A DNA stretch of 64,000 nucleotides from Actinomycetes bacterium (GTDB lineage: Bacteria; Actinomycetota; Actinomycetes; S36-B12). Below are positions 25,070 to 34,177 of the stretch, in pieces. A program made the translations under genes and the position numbers. Numbering within the stretch: position 1 is the first letter of the stretch; each line of letters starts with the position of its first letter. The notes below the pieces were generated by a model, which did not search any database, was not told the origin of the DNA, and saw nothing but the letters and a program-made list of their open reading frames with translations. The stretch lies in assembly GCA_965227045.1 (NCBI GenBank), contig OZ245718.1, forward strand, positions 451,031 to 515,030, read 5' to 3'.

Positions 25070-26110
25070 CTAGAGCCAGCCCGACTTCTTGAACGCCCGG
25101 TACAGCCCGAAGCAGACGATGCCGAGCAGGCCGAGCACGATGGGGAAGCCCCAGGAGTTGTGCAGGCCGGGCATCGCGTCGAAGTTCATGCCGTACAGGC
25201 CCGCGACTGCCGTCGGCACTGCGGCGATCGCGACCCAGGCGCTGATCTTGCGCATGTCGCCGTTCTGCTGCAGGTCCTGCAGTGACGTCGATGCCATGAG
25301 CATCGTCATGAGCAGGTTGTCGGCAGACTCGACCGAATCGGTGACGCGCAGGATGTGGTCGCCGATGTCTCGGAAGTATGGGCGCAGGTCGGCGGGGATC
25401 CAGGCCGCCTGGCCGCTGACGAACAGGTGCGCCGAGGGGACGAGCGGGCCAACCGCGCGTCTGACTTCGACGTTCTCGCGCTTGAGGCGATAGATGCTGT
25501 TCGGGGTGCTGGCCGACCGGTCCTGGGCAAACACGGCCGTCTCGAGGTTCTCCACGTCGATGCCGACCTCGTCAGTGACGCTGAGGTAGCCGTCGACGAC
25601 TTGGTCGAGCACGGCGTAGACCACCGAGACCGGACCGTGCGATCGGAGCTCGGGGCTCTGCTCGAGCCTCGTGCGGATGCTTCGCAGGTCACCGATCTGT
25701 CCGTAGCGGACCGTCACCGCGTACCAGGGCCCGATGAACACCGCGAGCTGCCCGGTGTGGACATCGGACGTGCTGTCCACGTAGTCGAGGACCTTGAGCA
25801 GGGCCATGCCGCAGCCAGCCGCATCCAGCTCGAACTTCGGGCGCTGCGTCACGTTGGCCGCGTCTTCGACCTGGAGCTTTTGCAGGTCGAAGATCTCGGT
25901 CACCATGGCGAGCTCGTCCTTGGTCGGCTCGAAGAGCCCGAGCCAGACGAACGAGCCATTCATGGCAAGGCATTTGGCCTTGAGGTCGCGGATCTTGGGC
26001 TCGGGGTGGCTGTCGCCGGGCTCCTGCCAGCTGTGGACCTCAGGTGCGTTGACGACTCCGTCGGGCGTGTACAGGCCCATGCCCCTGATCATGGCGCCAT
26101 TGTGCTGCAC
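25070..26110 (-). CDS. corA: CorA family magnesium/cobalt transporter
   Basis: 346 aa. C-terminal YGMNF motif (AGLYGMNFDAMPGL) followed by a second TM. Start may be an internal Met (26092 or 26080). Confidence 0.85.
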   Translation of the reverse strand: MQHNGAMIRGMGLYTPDGVVNAPEVHSWQEPGDSHPEPKIRDLKAKCLAMNGSFVWLGLFEPTKDELAMVTEIFDLQKLQVEDAANVTQRPKFELDAAGCGMALLKVLDYVDSTSDVHTGQLAVFIGPWYAVTVRYGQIGDLRSIRTRLEQSPELRSHGPVSVVYAVLDQVVDGYLSVTDEVGIDVENLETAVFAQDRSASTPNSIYRLKRENVEVRRAVGPLVPSAHLFVSGQAAWIPADLRPYFRDIGDHILRVTDSVESADNLLMTMLMASTSLQDLQQNGDMRKISAWVAIAAVPTAVAGLYGMNFDAMPGLHNSWGFPIVLGLLGIVCFGLYRAFKKSGWL

Positions 26111-26137
26111 TGCTCGTCACGATCTACGCTGGCTCGC

Positions 26138-26854
26138 ATGACCACCGTGTTGTTCATCCGCCATGGCCGCACCCAGGCCAATGTCGACGGGATCCTCGCA
26201 GGCTGGACTCCGGGCGTGGTGCTGGACGACAAGGGCAAGGAGCAGGCGACGGCCCTGGGCCTGCGGCTCACCGGGCTGACCCTCGCCGCGGTCGTGACCT
26301 CCCCGCTCGAGCGCACCGTCGAGACCGCCGACCTCATGCTGGCGTCGGCGGGCATCGAGTCGCCGCGGCGGGTCGACGAGCGCGTGGGCGAGTGCCGGTA
26401 CGGCGACTGGACAGGCGCCAAGCTGAAGAATCTCGCGAAGGACCCGATGTGGAAGGTCGTGCAGTCCCATCCGAGCGCCGCCGTCTTCCCCGGGGCCACC
26501 GGCGAGTCGATGGCGCAGATGCAGCATCGGGCGGTCTCGGCGGTTCGCGAGTGGAACGCCGCCCTTGGCGAGTCCGCGGTCTACGCGGTGGTCAGCCACG
26601 GCGACGTGATCAAGGCCTGCCTGGCCGACGCCCTCGGCCTGCACCTGGACCAGTTCCAGCGCATCACCGTCGACCCCTGCTCGGTGAGCGTCGTGTCGTA
26701 CACGCCGACGCGCCCGTTCATCCTGCGCACGAACGACACGGGCGGCGACCTGTCGTGGCTGGCGCCGCAGCCCAAGAGCGATCGCAGTAGCGAGCGCAAG
26801 CGCCGGCGCAAGTCCAAGAGCGACGCCGAGGTCGGAGGCGGAGCGGGTCGATGA
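26138..26854 (+). CDS. Histidine phosphatase superfamily protein (MSMEG_4193-type putative phosphomutase/phosphatase)
   Basis: Only the 3' part of ORF 25355..26854 is real. ATG 26138 gives MTTVLFIRHGRTQAN (RHG catalytic His), and later VVSHGDVIKA. Basic C-terminal tail. Confidence 0.8.
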   Translation: MTTVLFIRHGRTQANVDGILAGWTPGVVLDDKGKEQATALGLRLTGLTLAAVVTSPLERTVETADLMLASAGIESPRRVDERVGECRYGDWTGAKLKNLAKDPMWKVVQSHPSAAVFPGATGESMAQMQHRAVSAVREWNAALGESAVYAVVSHGDVIKACLADALGLHLDQFQRITVDPCSVSVVSYTPTRPFILRTNDTGGDLSWLAPQPKSDRSSERKRRRKSKSDAEVGGGAGR

Positions 26855-27417
26855 GTCGCCAGATCTTCGACTTCCAGACGCCCACCCGATTCGTCGTCGG
26901 CACGGTCGGGCTGCCTGGCGAGCGCACCTTCTTCCTGCAGGTTCGCCAGGACAGTCAGGTCACGAGCGTGGCACTGGAGAAGGCCCAGGTCACGGCGCTC
27001 GCCGAGCGCGTCGACCAGCTGCTCGACGAGGTCAGCAACACGCGGGCGGCCGAGGGTGAGATTCCCGAGACCGCTCCCGCGGCCCTGCACGACTCGGCAC
27101 CACTGGACGTCCCGCTGGTCGAGGAGTTCCGCGTCGGGGCGATGGCGCTCGGCTGGGACGAGGCCAGCCGCCGGGTTGTCCTCGAGGCGCATGCGGTCAC
27201 GGAGGACGGCGCGGAGATCCCGGACATCGCGGACGACGACTCCGACGGCCCCGACACGTTGCGGGTATGGCTGCCTCCGGCGCGGGCTCGGGCCTTCGCC
27301 GACCGGGCGCGCCAGGTCGTGGCGGCAGGCCGTCCGCCGTGCCCGTTCTGCACGCAGCCCCTGGACCCGGAGGGACACATCTGTCCTCGCGCCAACGGCT
27401 ACCGACGCCGGGAATGA
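26851..27417 (+). CDS. DUF3090 family protein with a C-terminal zinc-ribbon-like motif
   Basis: 188 aa. ATGA overlap with the upstream gene. MSRQIFDFQTPTRFVVGTVGLPGERTFFLQ is the family N-terminus (from memory). C-terminus is PPCPFCTQPLDPEGHICPR. Confidence 0.75.
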   Translation: MSRQIFDFQTPTRFVVGTVGLPGERTFFLQVRQDSQVTSVALEKAQVTALAERVDQLLDEVSNTRAAEGEIPETAPAALHDSAPLDVPLVEEFRVGAMALGWDEASRRVVLEAHAVTEDGAEIPDIADDDSDGPDTLRVWLPPARARAFADRARQVVAAGRPPCPFCTQPLDPEGHICPRANGYRRRE

Positions 27418-28223
27418 GCGCGACCGACTGGATCGCTGATCCGCGACTGCACGACCTGCTGTCCGAGGGCGACCTCGTCATCGAGGGCCGCATCGCCGGC
27501 GCGTCTAACTCCACCCTGCGCTGCCGGATCGAGATACCCGGCGAGGACTCCCTGCTGTGCGTGTACAAGCCGGTAGCGGGGGAGCGGCCACTGTGGGACT
27601 TCCCCGAGTGGACGCTGGGGCACCGCGAGCTGGCAGCCTTCGAGCTCTCCGAGGCGCTGGGCTGGGGTCTGGTCCCGCCGACCGCATGGCGCGACGACGG
27701 CCCGGGCGGTGCGGGAATGTGCCAGGCATGGATCGAGGTCGATCCTGACGTCGACCAGGTCGACGTGGTCCGCCCCGGCACCGCGCCGGCGGGCTGGAAG
27801 CGCGTGCTCGATGCGACGGACGCGCTCGGCGACCCGGTGGAGTTGGTGCATGCGGACTCGTCCGAGTTGCGCCGCATCGCGGTCTTCGACGCGGTCGCCA
27901 ACAATGCCGATCGCAAGGGCGGGCATGTGCTCGGCGACCGGGACGGCCGCATCTGGGCCATCGACCACGGCGTGGCATTCTCCACCGATCCGAAGCTGCG
28001 CACGGTGGTGTGGGGCTGGGCCGGCGAGGCGATTCCTGAGCAGGACCTCAGCGACCTGGCGGACCTTCGCGACCTGATCGGCACGTCGTACGAACCGGTC
28101 GACCAGTGGCTCGACGAGGACGAGCGGGTACGACTGCGCACCCGCCTGCGACGGCTGATCGACCGCGGCACCTACCCGGTCCCGTCGGGCAAGTGGCCGG
28201 CCATACCGTGGCCGGTCTTCTGA
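27414..28223 (+). CDS. SCO1664 family protein (PI3/PI4-kinase-like catalytic fold)
   Basis: ORF 27267..28223. The real start is ATG 27414 (ATGA overlap). AVANNADRKGGHVL (catalytic-loop-like) and WAIDHGVAF (DFG-equivalent) are seen. Confidence 0.75.
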   Translation: MSATDWIADPRLHDLLSEGDLVIEGRIAGASNSTLRCRIEIPGEDSLLCVYKPVAGERPLWDFPEWTLGHRELAAFELSEALGWGLVPPTAWRDDGPGGAGMCQAWIEVDPDVDQVDVVRPGTAPAGWKRVLDATDALGDPVELVHADSSELRRIAVFDAVANNADRKGGHVLGDRDGRIWAIDHGVAFSTDPKLRTVVWGWAGEAIPEQDLSDLADLRDLIGTSYEPVDQWLDEDERVRLRTRLRRLIDRGTYPVPSGKWPAIPWPVF

Positions 28224-28248
28224 CGCGGAGCGCGGATAGGGTGACGTC

Positions 28249-29475
28249 GTGAAGTCGTGGCCGAGTCCTAACGTTCCCGGACTCCCAGGCCAGGGACTTC
28301 CGCTCCGGCTCCACGACACTGCTGCCGGCGTCGTCCGCGCCACCGAGCCGGGACCCGTCGCACGCATGTACGTGTGCGGGATCACCCCGTACGACGCGAC
28401 CCACATGGGCCACGCTTTCACGTACGTCACCTTCGACACGATCAACCGCGCGTGGCTCGATGCGGGTCACGAGGTGCATTACGTGCAGAACGTCACCGAC
28501 ATCGATGACCCGCTGCTTGAGCGCGCGGTCGCGACCGGGCAGGACTGGGTCGAGATCGCCGAGCGCGAGACCGCGTTGTTCCGCCAGGACATGGAGGCGC
28601 TCAACGTCATCCCCCCGCGCGACTACATCGGGGCCGTCGAGTCGATCCCGTCGGTCGCGACCCATGTGGAGCGGCTGCAGGAACTCGGCAGCGTGTACTC
28701 CGTGGACTCGGACCTGTACTTCCGGGTTCGCAGCGACCCAGCGTTCGGCACCGTGTCGGGCCTGAGCACCGATGAGATGCTGGCGATCTTCGCCGAGCGC
28801 GGCGGCGACCCCGACCGCCCCGGCAAGGAGGATCCCCTCGACTGCCTGGTGTGGCAGGCGGCCCGCGCCGAGGAGCCGTCGTGGGACACCCCGCTCGGCC
28901 ATGGCCGACCCGGCTGGCACATCGAGTGCGCGGCGATCGCGCTCGACCACCTCGGCATGACGATCGACGTGCAGGGCGGGGGATCGGACCTCGTGTTCCC
29001 GCATCACGAGATGAGTGCGTCAGAGGCGCAGGTCCTGCGGGGCGCGCATCCGTTCGCGAAGCACTACGTGCACTCGGCGATGGTCGCGTGGCAGGGGCAC
29101 AAGATGTCCAAGTCCCGCGGCAACCTGGTCTTCGTCTCGCAGTTGCGGCAGGACGGGGCCGATCCCGCGGCCCTGCGGCTGGCGCTGCTCGCGCACCACT
29201 ACCGATCCGACTGGGAGTGGACCGACGACGGGCTGGCCGCCGCCGTCGAGCGCCTGGCTCTGTGGCGTGCTGCGGGCTCTGCGGTCATCGGACCGTCGGC
29301 CGATGACCTGCTCGTGAACGTCCGAGCCGCGCTCGCCAACGACCTGCAGACTCCCGAGGCTCTCGCCGCGGTCGATGCCTGGGCTCGTGCCCAGCAGTCT
29401 GGACAGGGAGTCGACGCCGATGGGCCGGCGCTCATGCGTCAGACCGTCGACGCCCTCCTCGGCATCCAGCTCTAA
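28249..29475 (+). CDS. mshC: Cysteine:1D-myo-inosityl 2-amino-2-deoxy-alpha-D-glucopyranoside ligase (mycothiol ligase)
   Basis: 408 aa. Class I aaRS-like: [24 protein letters not shown] (HIGH-type) and HKMSKSRGN (KMSKS). The length and lack of a tRNA anticodon-binding extension fit MshC rather than CysS. Confidence 0.85.
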   Translation: MKSWPSPNVPGLPGQGLPLRLHDTAAGVVRATEPGPVARMYVCGITPYDATHMGHAFTYVTFDTINRAWLDAGHEVHYVQNVTDIDDPLLERAVATGQDWVEIAERETALFRQDMEALNVIPPRDYIGAVESIPSVATHVERLQELGSVYSVDSDLYFRVRSDPAFGTVSGLSTDEMLAIFAERGGDPDRPGKEDPLDCLVWQAARAEEPSWDTPLGHGRPGWHIECAAIALDHLGMTIDVQGGGSDLVFPHHEMSASEAQVLRGAHPFAKHYVHSAMVAWQGHKMSKSRGNLVFVSQLRQDGADPAALRLALLAHHYRSDWEWTDDGLAAAVERLALWRAAGSAVIGPSADDLLVNVRAALANDLQTPEALAAVDAWARAQQSGQGVDADGPALMRQTVDALLGIQL

Positions 29476-29517
29476 GCGACGCCTCACGTCACGTTCCGGG
29501 TCAGTGACCGTTCCGCC

Positions 29518-29605
29518 GAATTGAACCGCCTCCCGGGTGAAATCCGCAGAATGCGCCCCGGAACGGCCACCAAACCGGGATTTGACCCGGGAGGCGGTTC
29601 AATTC
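29518..29605. terminator. Long hairpin between convergent mshC and gnd (bidirectional terminator or MITE-like element)
   Basis: 28-nt arms GAATTGAACCGCCTCCCGGGTGAAATCC (29518-29545) and GGATTTGACCCGGGAGGCGGTTCAATTC (29578-29605), one mismatch, 32-nt loop. It ends 1 nt before the gnd stop codon. Confidence 0.55.
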
Positions 29606-29606
29606 G

Positions 29607-30656
29607 TTACTTCTTCTCGTCGTGGCCGCCGAACTCCTTGCGCATCGCGCTGAGGATCTTGCCGGCGAAGATGCCCGTGCCCTGGGATTCGAAGCGCTCG
29701 AACAGCGCCGCGCTGAGCACCGGGGTCGGCACGCCCTCGTCGATCGCCGCGATGGCCGTCCAGCGGCCCTCGCCCGAATCCGAGACGCGGCCGGTGAACT
29801 CCTCGAGATCGGGGGATGCCTGCATGGCTGACGCAGTCAGGTCGAGCAGCCACGAGCCGACGACGCTGCCGCGACGCCACACCTCGGTGATCGCGGGCAG
29901 GTCGAGATCGAACTGGTAGTACTGGGGATCGGACATCGGTGCCGTCTCGGCGTCCGCATCGCGCGCAACCTTGCCGGCGTTCGCGTGCTTGAGGATGTTG
30001 AGGCCCTCGGCGTATGCCGCCATCAGGCCGTACTCGATGCCGTTGTGAACCATCTTGACGAAGTGGCCGGCGCCCGACGGACCGCAGTGCAGCCAGCCGC
30101 GCTCCTCGGGGGCCGGGTCGCCGGTGCGTCCCTCGGTCCGCGGAGCCGTCGCGACTCCGGGGGCGATGGTGTCCCACAGTCCGGTAAGGCGATCGACCGC
30201 GCGATCGGCGCCGCCGATCATCAGGCAGAAGCCACGGTCCTTGCCCCACACGCCGCCCGACGTGCCCACGTCGAGGTAGTCGATGCCCTTGGCCGCAGCC
30301 AGCTCGCCGCGTCGCATGTCGTCGCGGTAGTAAGAGTTGCCGCCGTCGATCAGGCAGTCGCCGGACTCAAGCAGGCCGATCAGCTCGGTGACGACGCTCT
30401 CGGTGATGTGACCGGCAGGCACCATGACCCACACGGAGCGGGGGACCGGAAGCGCGGCGACGAACTCGGCGAGTGACGACGCACCGGTGGCGCCCTCGCC
30501 GGCCAGCTCGGTGACCGCCGCGGCCTGCGGGTCGTAGACCACCGCGGAGTGTCCGTCGGCCATCGCGCGGCGCACGAGGTTCGCGCCCATGCGTCCGAGG
30601 CCGACCATGCCGATGGTCACACGAGGACTTGTGTGCGCTGCTGCCGGTGAATTCAT
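29607..30656 (-). CDS. gnd: 6-phosphogluconate dehydrogenase, decarboxylating (short Gnd/YqeC-like form)
   Basis: ORF 29607..30689. ATG 30656 is preceded by GAAGGAG. IGMVGLGRMGANLVRR (NAD(P) site) and GGNSYY are present. Confidence 0.85.
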   Translation of the reverse strand: MNSPAAAHTSPRVTIGMVGLGRMGANLVRRAMADGHSAVVYDPQAAAVTELAGEGATGASSLAEFVAALPVPRSVWVMVPAGHITESVVTELIGLLESGDCLIDGGNSYYRDDMRRGELAAAKGIDYLDVGTSGGVWGKDRGFCLMIGGADRAVDRLTGLWDTIAPGVATAPRTEGRTGDPAPEERGWLHCGPSGAGHFVKMVHNGIEYGLMAAYAEGLNILKHANAGKVARDADAETAPMSDPQYYQFDLDLPAITEVWRRGSVVGSWLLDLTASAMQASPDLEEFTGRVSDSGEGRWTAIAAIDEGVPTPVLSAALFERFESQGTGIFAGKILSAMRKEFGGHDEKK

Positions 30657-30711
30657 GACGACTTGGGCTCCTTCTGCGACGGGGTTCACACGCTAGTGGA
30701 ATGGTGACCCC

Positions 30712-32346
30712 ATGACGAACAGTCCGACATCGAACGATCCGACCGACACCGCCGCGTGGACCACGCTTGAGGCGCTCGCCCGGGCGCAGGCCGGCACGAC
30801 GATCCGCGCGCTCAACGATGCCGATCCCACGCGACCGGCGGCCATGACGCACGTCGCGGCCGGGGTTCACTTCGACGCCTCGCGACAGCGCGTCACGCCC
30901 GAGATCCTCGCGACGCTGCAGTCGCTTGCCGACGAACGGGGAGTGCTCGCCAGGCGCGATGCGATGTTCGCCGGCGTGCACATCAACGTCACCGAGGACC
31001 GGGCCGTGCTGCACACCGCGCTCCGACGTCCGGCCGACTCACCGCTCACCGTCGACGGCGAGGACGTGACCGGAGAGGTCCACGAGGTGCTGGACCGGAT
31101 GGGTGTCTTCGCCGAGTCGGTGCGCTCGGGCGCATGGGTCGGAGCGACGGGCAAGAAGATCACCGCCGTCATCAATATCGGCATCGGTGGTTCGGACCTC
31201 GGCCCGGCCATGGCGTACCTGGCGCTTCGTCATTACAGCGACCGCAGCATCACCTTCCGCTTCGTCTCCAATGTCGACCCGACAGACATGAGCGAGGCGA
31301 TCCGTGACCTTGATCCGGCCTCGACGCTGTTCATCGTCGCGTCGAAGACCTTCGGAACGCTCGAGACGCTGACCAATGCGACGGCCGCACGGTCGTGGAT
31401 CACGTCCGCCCTCGGCGACGACGCGGTGAGCAAGCACTTCGTCGCGGTTTCCACGGCGGAGGAGAAGGTCAGCGCATTCGGCATCGACACGGCGAACATG
31501 TTCGGCTTCTGGGACTGGGTAGGCGGACGCTACTCGATGGACTCGTCGATCGGGCTGAGCACGATGATCGCGATCGGGGCCGACGGATTCGCCGACATGC
31601 TGGCCGGCTTCCACGCGATGGACGAGCACTTCCTGACCGCACCGGTGGCAGAGAACGTCCCGCTGCTCATGGGCCTGCTCGCCGTGTGGAACCGCAACTT
31701 CCTCGACGTCCAGACCACTGCCGTCCTCCCGTACTCGGAGTACATGTCGCGCTTCCCGGCCTACCTGCAGCAGCTGACGATGGAGAGCAACGGCAAGTCC
31801 GTGCGGCTCGACGGTGCGCGCGTGGACTACCAGACCGGAGCGATCTTCTGGGGAGAGCCGGGAACGAACGGCCAGCACTCGTTCTACCAAATGCTGCACC
31901 AGGGCACGGGCACGGTGGCGTGCGACATCATCGTCGTCGCGCGCAGCGACAACCCGCTGACCGATCAGCAGGACATGCTCGTCGCGAACGCGCTGGCGCA
32001 GGCTTCCGTGCTGTCGATGGGGCGGACGGCCGAGGAGGTCGCTGCGGACGGCACGCCCCCCGAACTGGTCGAGGCCAAGGTCATGCCAGGCAACCGGCCG
32101 GTGACGATCATGACGGTGGAGGCGCTCACCCCCTTCTCGCTCGGTGCGCTGATTGCGCTGTACGAGCACAGCGTGTTCGTCCAGGGAGCGATCTGGGGCA
32201 TCGACTCGTTCGACCAGTGGGGCGTGGAGCTCGGCAAGAAGGTCGCGATGGGCATTCTCGGCGACCTGCGCAACGGCACGGCAGACGACCCGGCCCTCGA
32301 TGCGCCGACCAAGGCCTCCGTGGAGCTGTACCTGAAGCTTCGGTAG
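30712..32346 (+). CDS. pgi: Glucose-6-phosphate isomerase
   Basis: 544 aa. [21 protein letters not shown] and GVELGK are PGI signatures. Confidence 0.95.
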   Translation: MTNSPTSNDPTDTAAWTTLEALARAQAGTTIRALNDADPTRPAAMTHVAAGVHFDASRQRVTPEILATLQSLADERGVLARRDAMFAGVHINVTEDRAVLHTALRRPADSPLTVDGEDVTGEVHEVLDRMGVFAESVRSGAWVGATGKKITAVINIGIGGSDLGPAMAYLALRHYSDRSITFRFVSNVDPTDMSEAIRDLDPASTLFIVASKTFGTLETLTNATAARSWITSALGDDAVSKHFVAVSTAEEKVSAFGIDTANMFGFWDWVGGRYSMDSSIGLSTMIAIGADGFADMLAGFHAMDEHFLTAPVAENVPLLMGLLAVWNRNFLDVQTTAVLPYSEYMSRFPAYLQQLTMESNGKSVRLDGARVDYQTGAIFWGEPGTNGQHSFYQMLHQGTGTVACDIIVVARSDNPLTDQQDMLVANALAQASVLSMGRTAEEVAADGTPPELVEAKVMPGNRPVTIMTVEALTPFSLGALIALYEHSVFVQGAIWGIDSFDQWGVELGKKVAMGILGDLRNGTADDPALDAPTKASVELYLKLR

Positions 32347-32356
32347 GTCGTCGTCG

Positions 32357-33208
32357 CTAGCGGTCGTCGGCCCCGCGGCGGCGGAGGTAGCGCTCGAATT
32401 CGCGGGCGATCGCCTCGCCGCTCGCCTCCGGCAGGTCGGCAGCGTCACGTGCCTCTTCGAGCTGCTTGACGTAGTCGGCGACTTCCTCGTCCTCGGCCGC
32501 GAGTTCGTCGACGCCGATCTCCCAGGCGCGCGCCTCGTCGACGAGGTCGCCTAGCGGGACGGGCATGTCGAGGATGTCCTCGATTCGGCGGACGAGCGAC
32601 AGGGTTGCCTTCGGGCACGGCGGCTGCGCCACGTAGTGGGGGACAGCGGCCCACAGTGAGATCGACGTCATGCCGAAGCGGCCGCAGGCGTCCTGCAGGA
32701 CCCCGACAATCCCCGTCGGGCCCTCGTACGTCGACGGCTCGAGGTCCAGTTCCGCACCGACCGAGGCGTCCGACGTCGTTCCGGTAACGGGCACGGGCCG
32801 GGTATGCGGGATGTCAGAGAGCAGCGCGCCGAGGGTGATGACGAGCGAGACCTCAAGCTCGGCGGCGAGGCCGAGGATCTCGCGGACGAACTGCTGCCAC
32901 TTCATGTTCGGCTCGATGCCCTGCACCAGGACGATGTCGCGAGGGTAGAGCGGAACGCGGGCTATATAGATGCGTGTGGCGGGCCAGGTCAGGCTGCGAA
33001 CGCCCGTCTCGTCGACACTGATGTGCGGCCGGTTGACCTGGTAGTCGTAGTAGTCCTCGGAGTCGAGGTCGGCGAGCGGCTGGGCATCCCAGACCTCGCG
33101 AAGGTGAGCGATGGCACCTGACGCGGAGTCGCCTGCGTCGTTCCATCCTTCGAAGGCAGCGATGAGAACCGGATCGACGAGCGTGGGGAACTCGTCAAGC
33201 TCGATCAC
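32357..33208 (-). CDS. PAC2 (proteasome assembly chaperone 2-like) family protein
   Basis: 283 aa. PVLIAAFEGWNDAGDSASGAI near the N-terminus is the actinobacterial PAC2/DUF75 pattern (from memory). The GTG start overlaps the upstream hydrolase stop (GTGA). Confidence 0.75.
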   Translation of the reverse strand: MIELDEFPTLVDPVLIAAFEGWNDAGDSASGAIAHLREVWDAQPLADLDSEDYYDYQVNRPHISVDETGVRSLTWPATRIYIARVPLYPRDIVLVQGIEPNMKWQQFVREILGLAAELEVSLVITLGALLSDIPHTRPVPVTGTTSDASVGAELDLEPSTYEGPTGIVGVLQDACGRFGMTSISLWAAVPHYVAQPPCPKATLSLVRRIEDILDMPVPLGDLVDEARAWEIGVDELAAEDEEVADYVKQLEEARDAADLPEASGEAIAREFERYLRRRGADDR

Positions 33209-34119
33209 GCAGTGCCTCCTACCGGGGCCGAGGCCCCACGTCGGTGCTGTGCACCGTCAATCTCAACGACCAGGGAGTCGATGAAGCCGGCCACGAGGGA
33301 CGGCCACTGCAAGGGTACGTCGTGCAGCGCTCCGGGCCACCGATGTATGCGCAGGTTGGCGTACGTGGCGGCTCCAGCGACGTTTGTCTCGCGCGGCGTC
33401 GAGGCGTCCCCGGCGTCGCTCACGGCGAGCGCCGCCCAGATCGGGACGCCGGATTCCGCGCAGGCACGCAGGTCCTCGGCCGGGTTCACGTCGAGGAGTC
33501 CGTCGAGCACCCGCATGTGCCTCTCGACGCCGATGCGTGTGCGGAGGGTGCCATCGGATGCGGTGATGAAAGTGGGTTCGAGGGCCGCGCGCAGTTCCGG
33601 GGACCAGTAGGGCGCCAGGGAACTCGCGCTGATCATCGACCACAGGTCGTCGGCGGGAATGCCCAACTCCGGCGGACGAAGGCGCTCGCGCACCGTCCCG
33701 CGATCCTCGTCGCCTCCCACCGCCCACAGCCCACCGTCGATGAGCGCGAGGCCGGCCACGCGTGCCGGATCCAGGGCCGCGGCACGTACGGCGATCCATG
33801 CGCCCCAGGAATGTCCGGCGATGACCGCCCGCGACCAGCCGAGCCGGTCCAGCACCGCCAGCACATCGTGGGCGCAGGCGTCGATCGAGTAGTCCGCCGA
33901 CAGCGGGGAGTCGGAATCTCCATGCCCGCGCTGGTCGAGCGCGGCGAGGGGCCGTGAGCGCAGCCGCTCGATCACCGGACCCCAGAAGAAGCGCTGCTGG
34001 CTCAGCCCGTGCAGGAGGACGATCGGGGTCGCGTCAGGATCCTGCGGTCCGAACAACGACAGGGCTACCGTCACATCGCGGTCGACGACGACCTCGACAA
34101 ACTCCGCCGACACCGACAT
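33205..34119 (-). CDS. Alpha/beta hydrolase
   Basis: Only the 3' part of ORF 33205..34434 is real. ATG 34119 (MSVSAEF) avoids overlapping the metH start. LLHGLSQQ, GHGDSD and the nucleophile elbow AGHSWGA are present. Confidence 0.8.
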   Translation of the reverse strand: MSVSAEFVEVVVDRDVTVALSLFGPQDPDATPIVLLHGLSQQRFFWGPVIERLRSRPLAALDQRGHGDSDSPLSADYSIDACAHDVLAVLDRLGWSRAVIAGHSWGAWIAVRAAALDPARVAGLALIDGGLWAVGGDEDRGTVRERLRPPELGIPADDLWSMISASSLAPYWSPELRAALEPTFITASDGTLRTRIGVERHMRVLDGLLDVNPAEDLRACAESGVPIWAALAVSDAGDASTPRETNVAGAATYANLRIHRWPGALHDVPLQWPSLVAGFIDSLVVEIDGAQHRRGASAPVGGTA

Positions 34120-34177
34120 GTCGCCACCGTAGTGCGTTCCAAATACACGCTCACCGGGTCGGTAGGCTTGCCCGATC

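Noticed and set aside
34120-34177. Cobalamin riboswitch upstream of metH.
   Set aside because: The spacer to the divergent hydrolase gene is only 58 bp, far too short for a B12 element. B12 riboswitches normally control metE or transport genes rather than metH.
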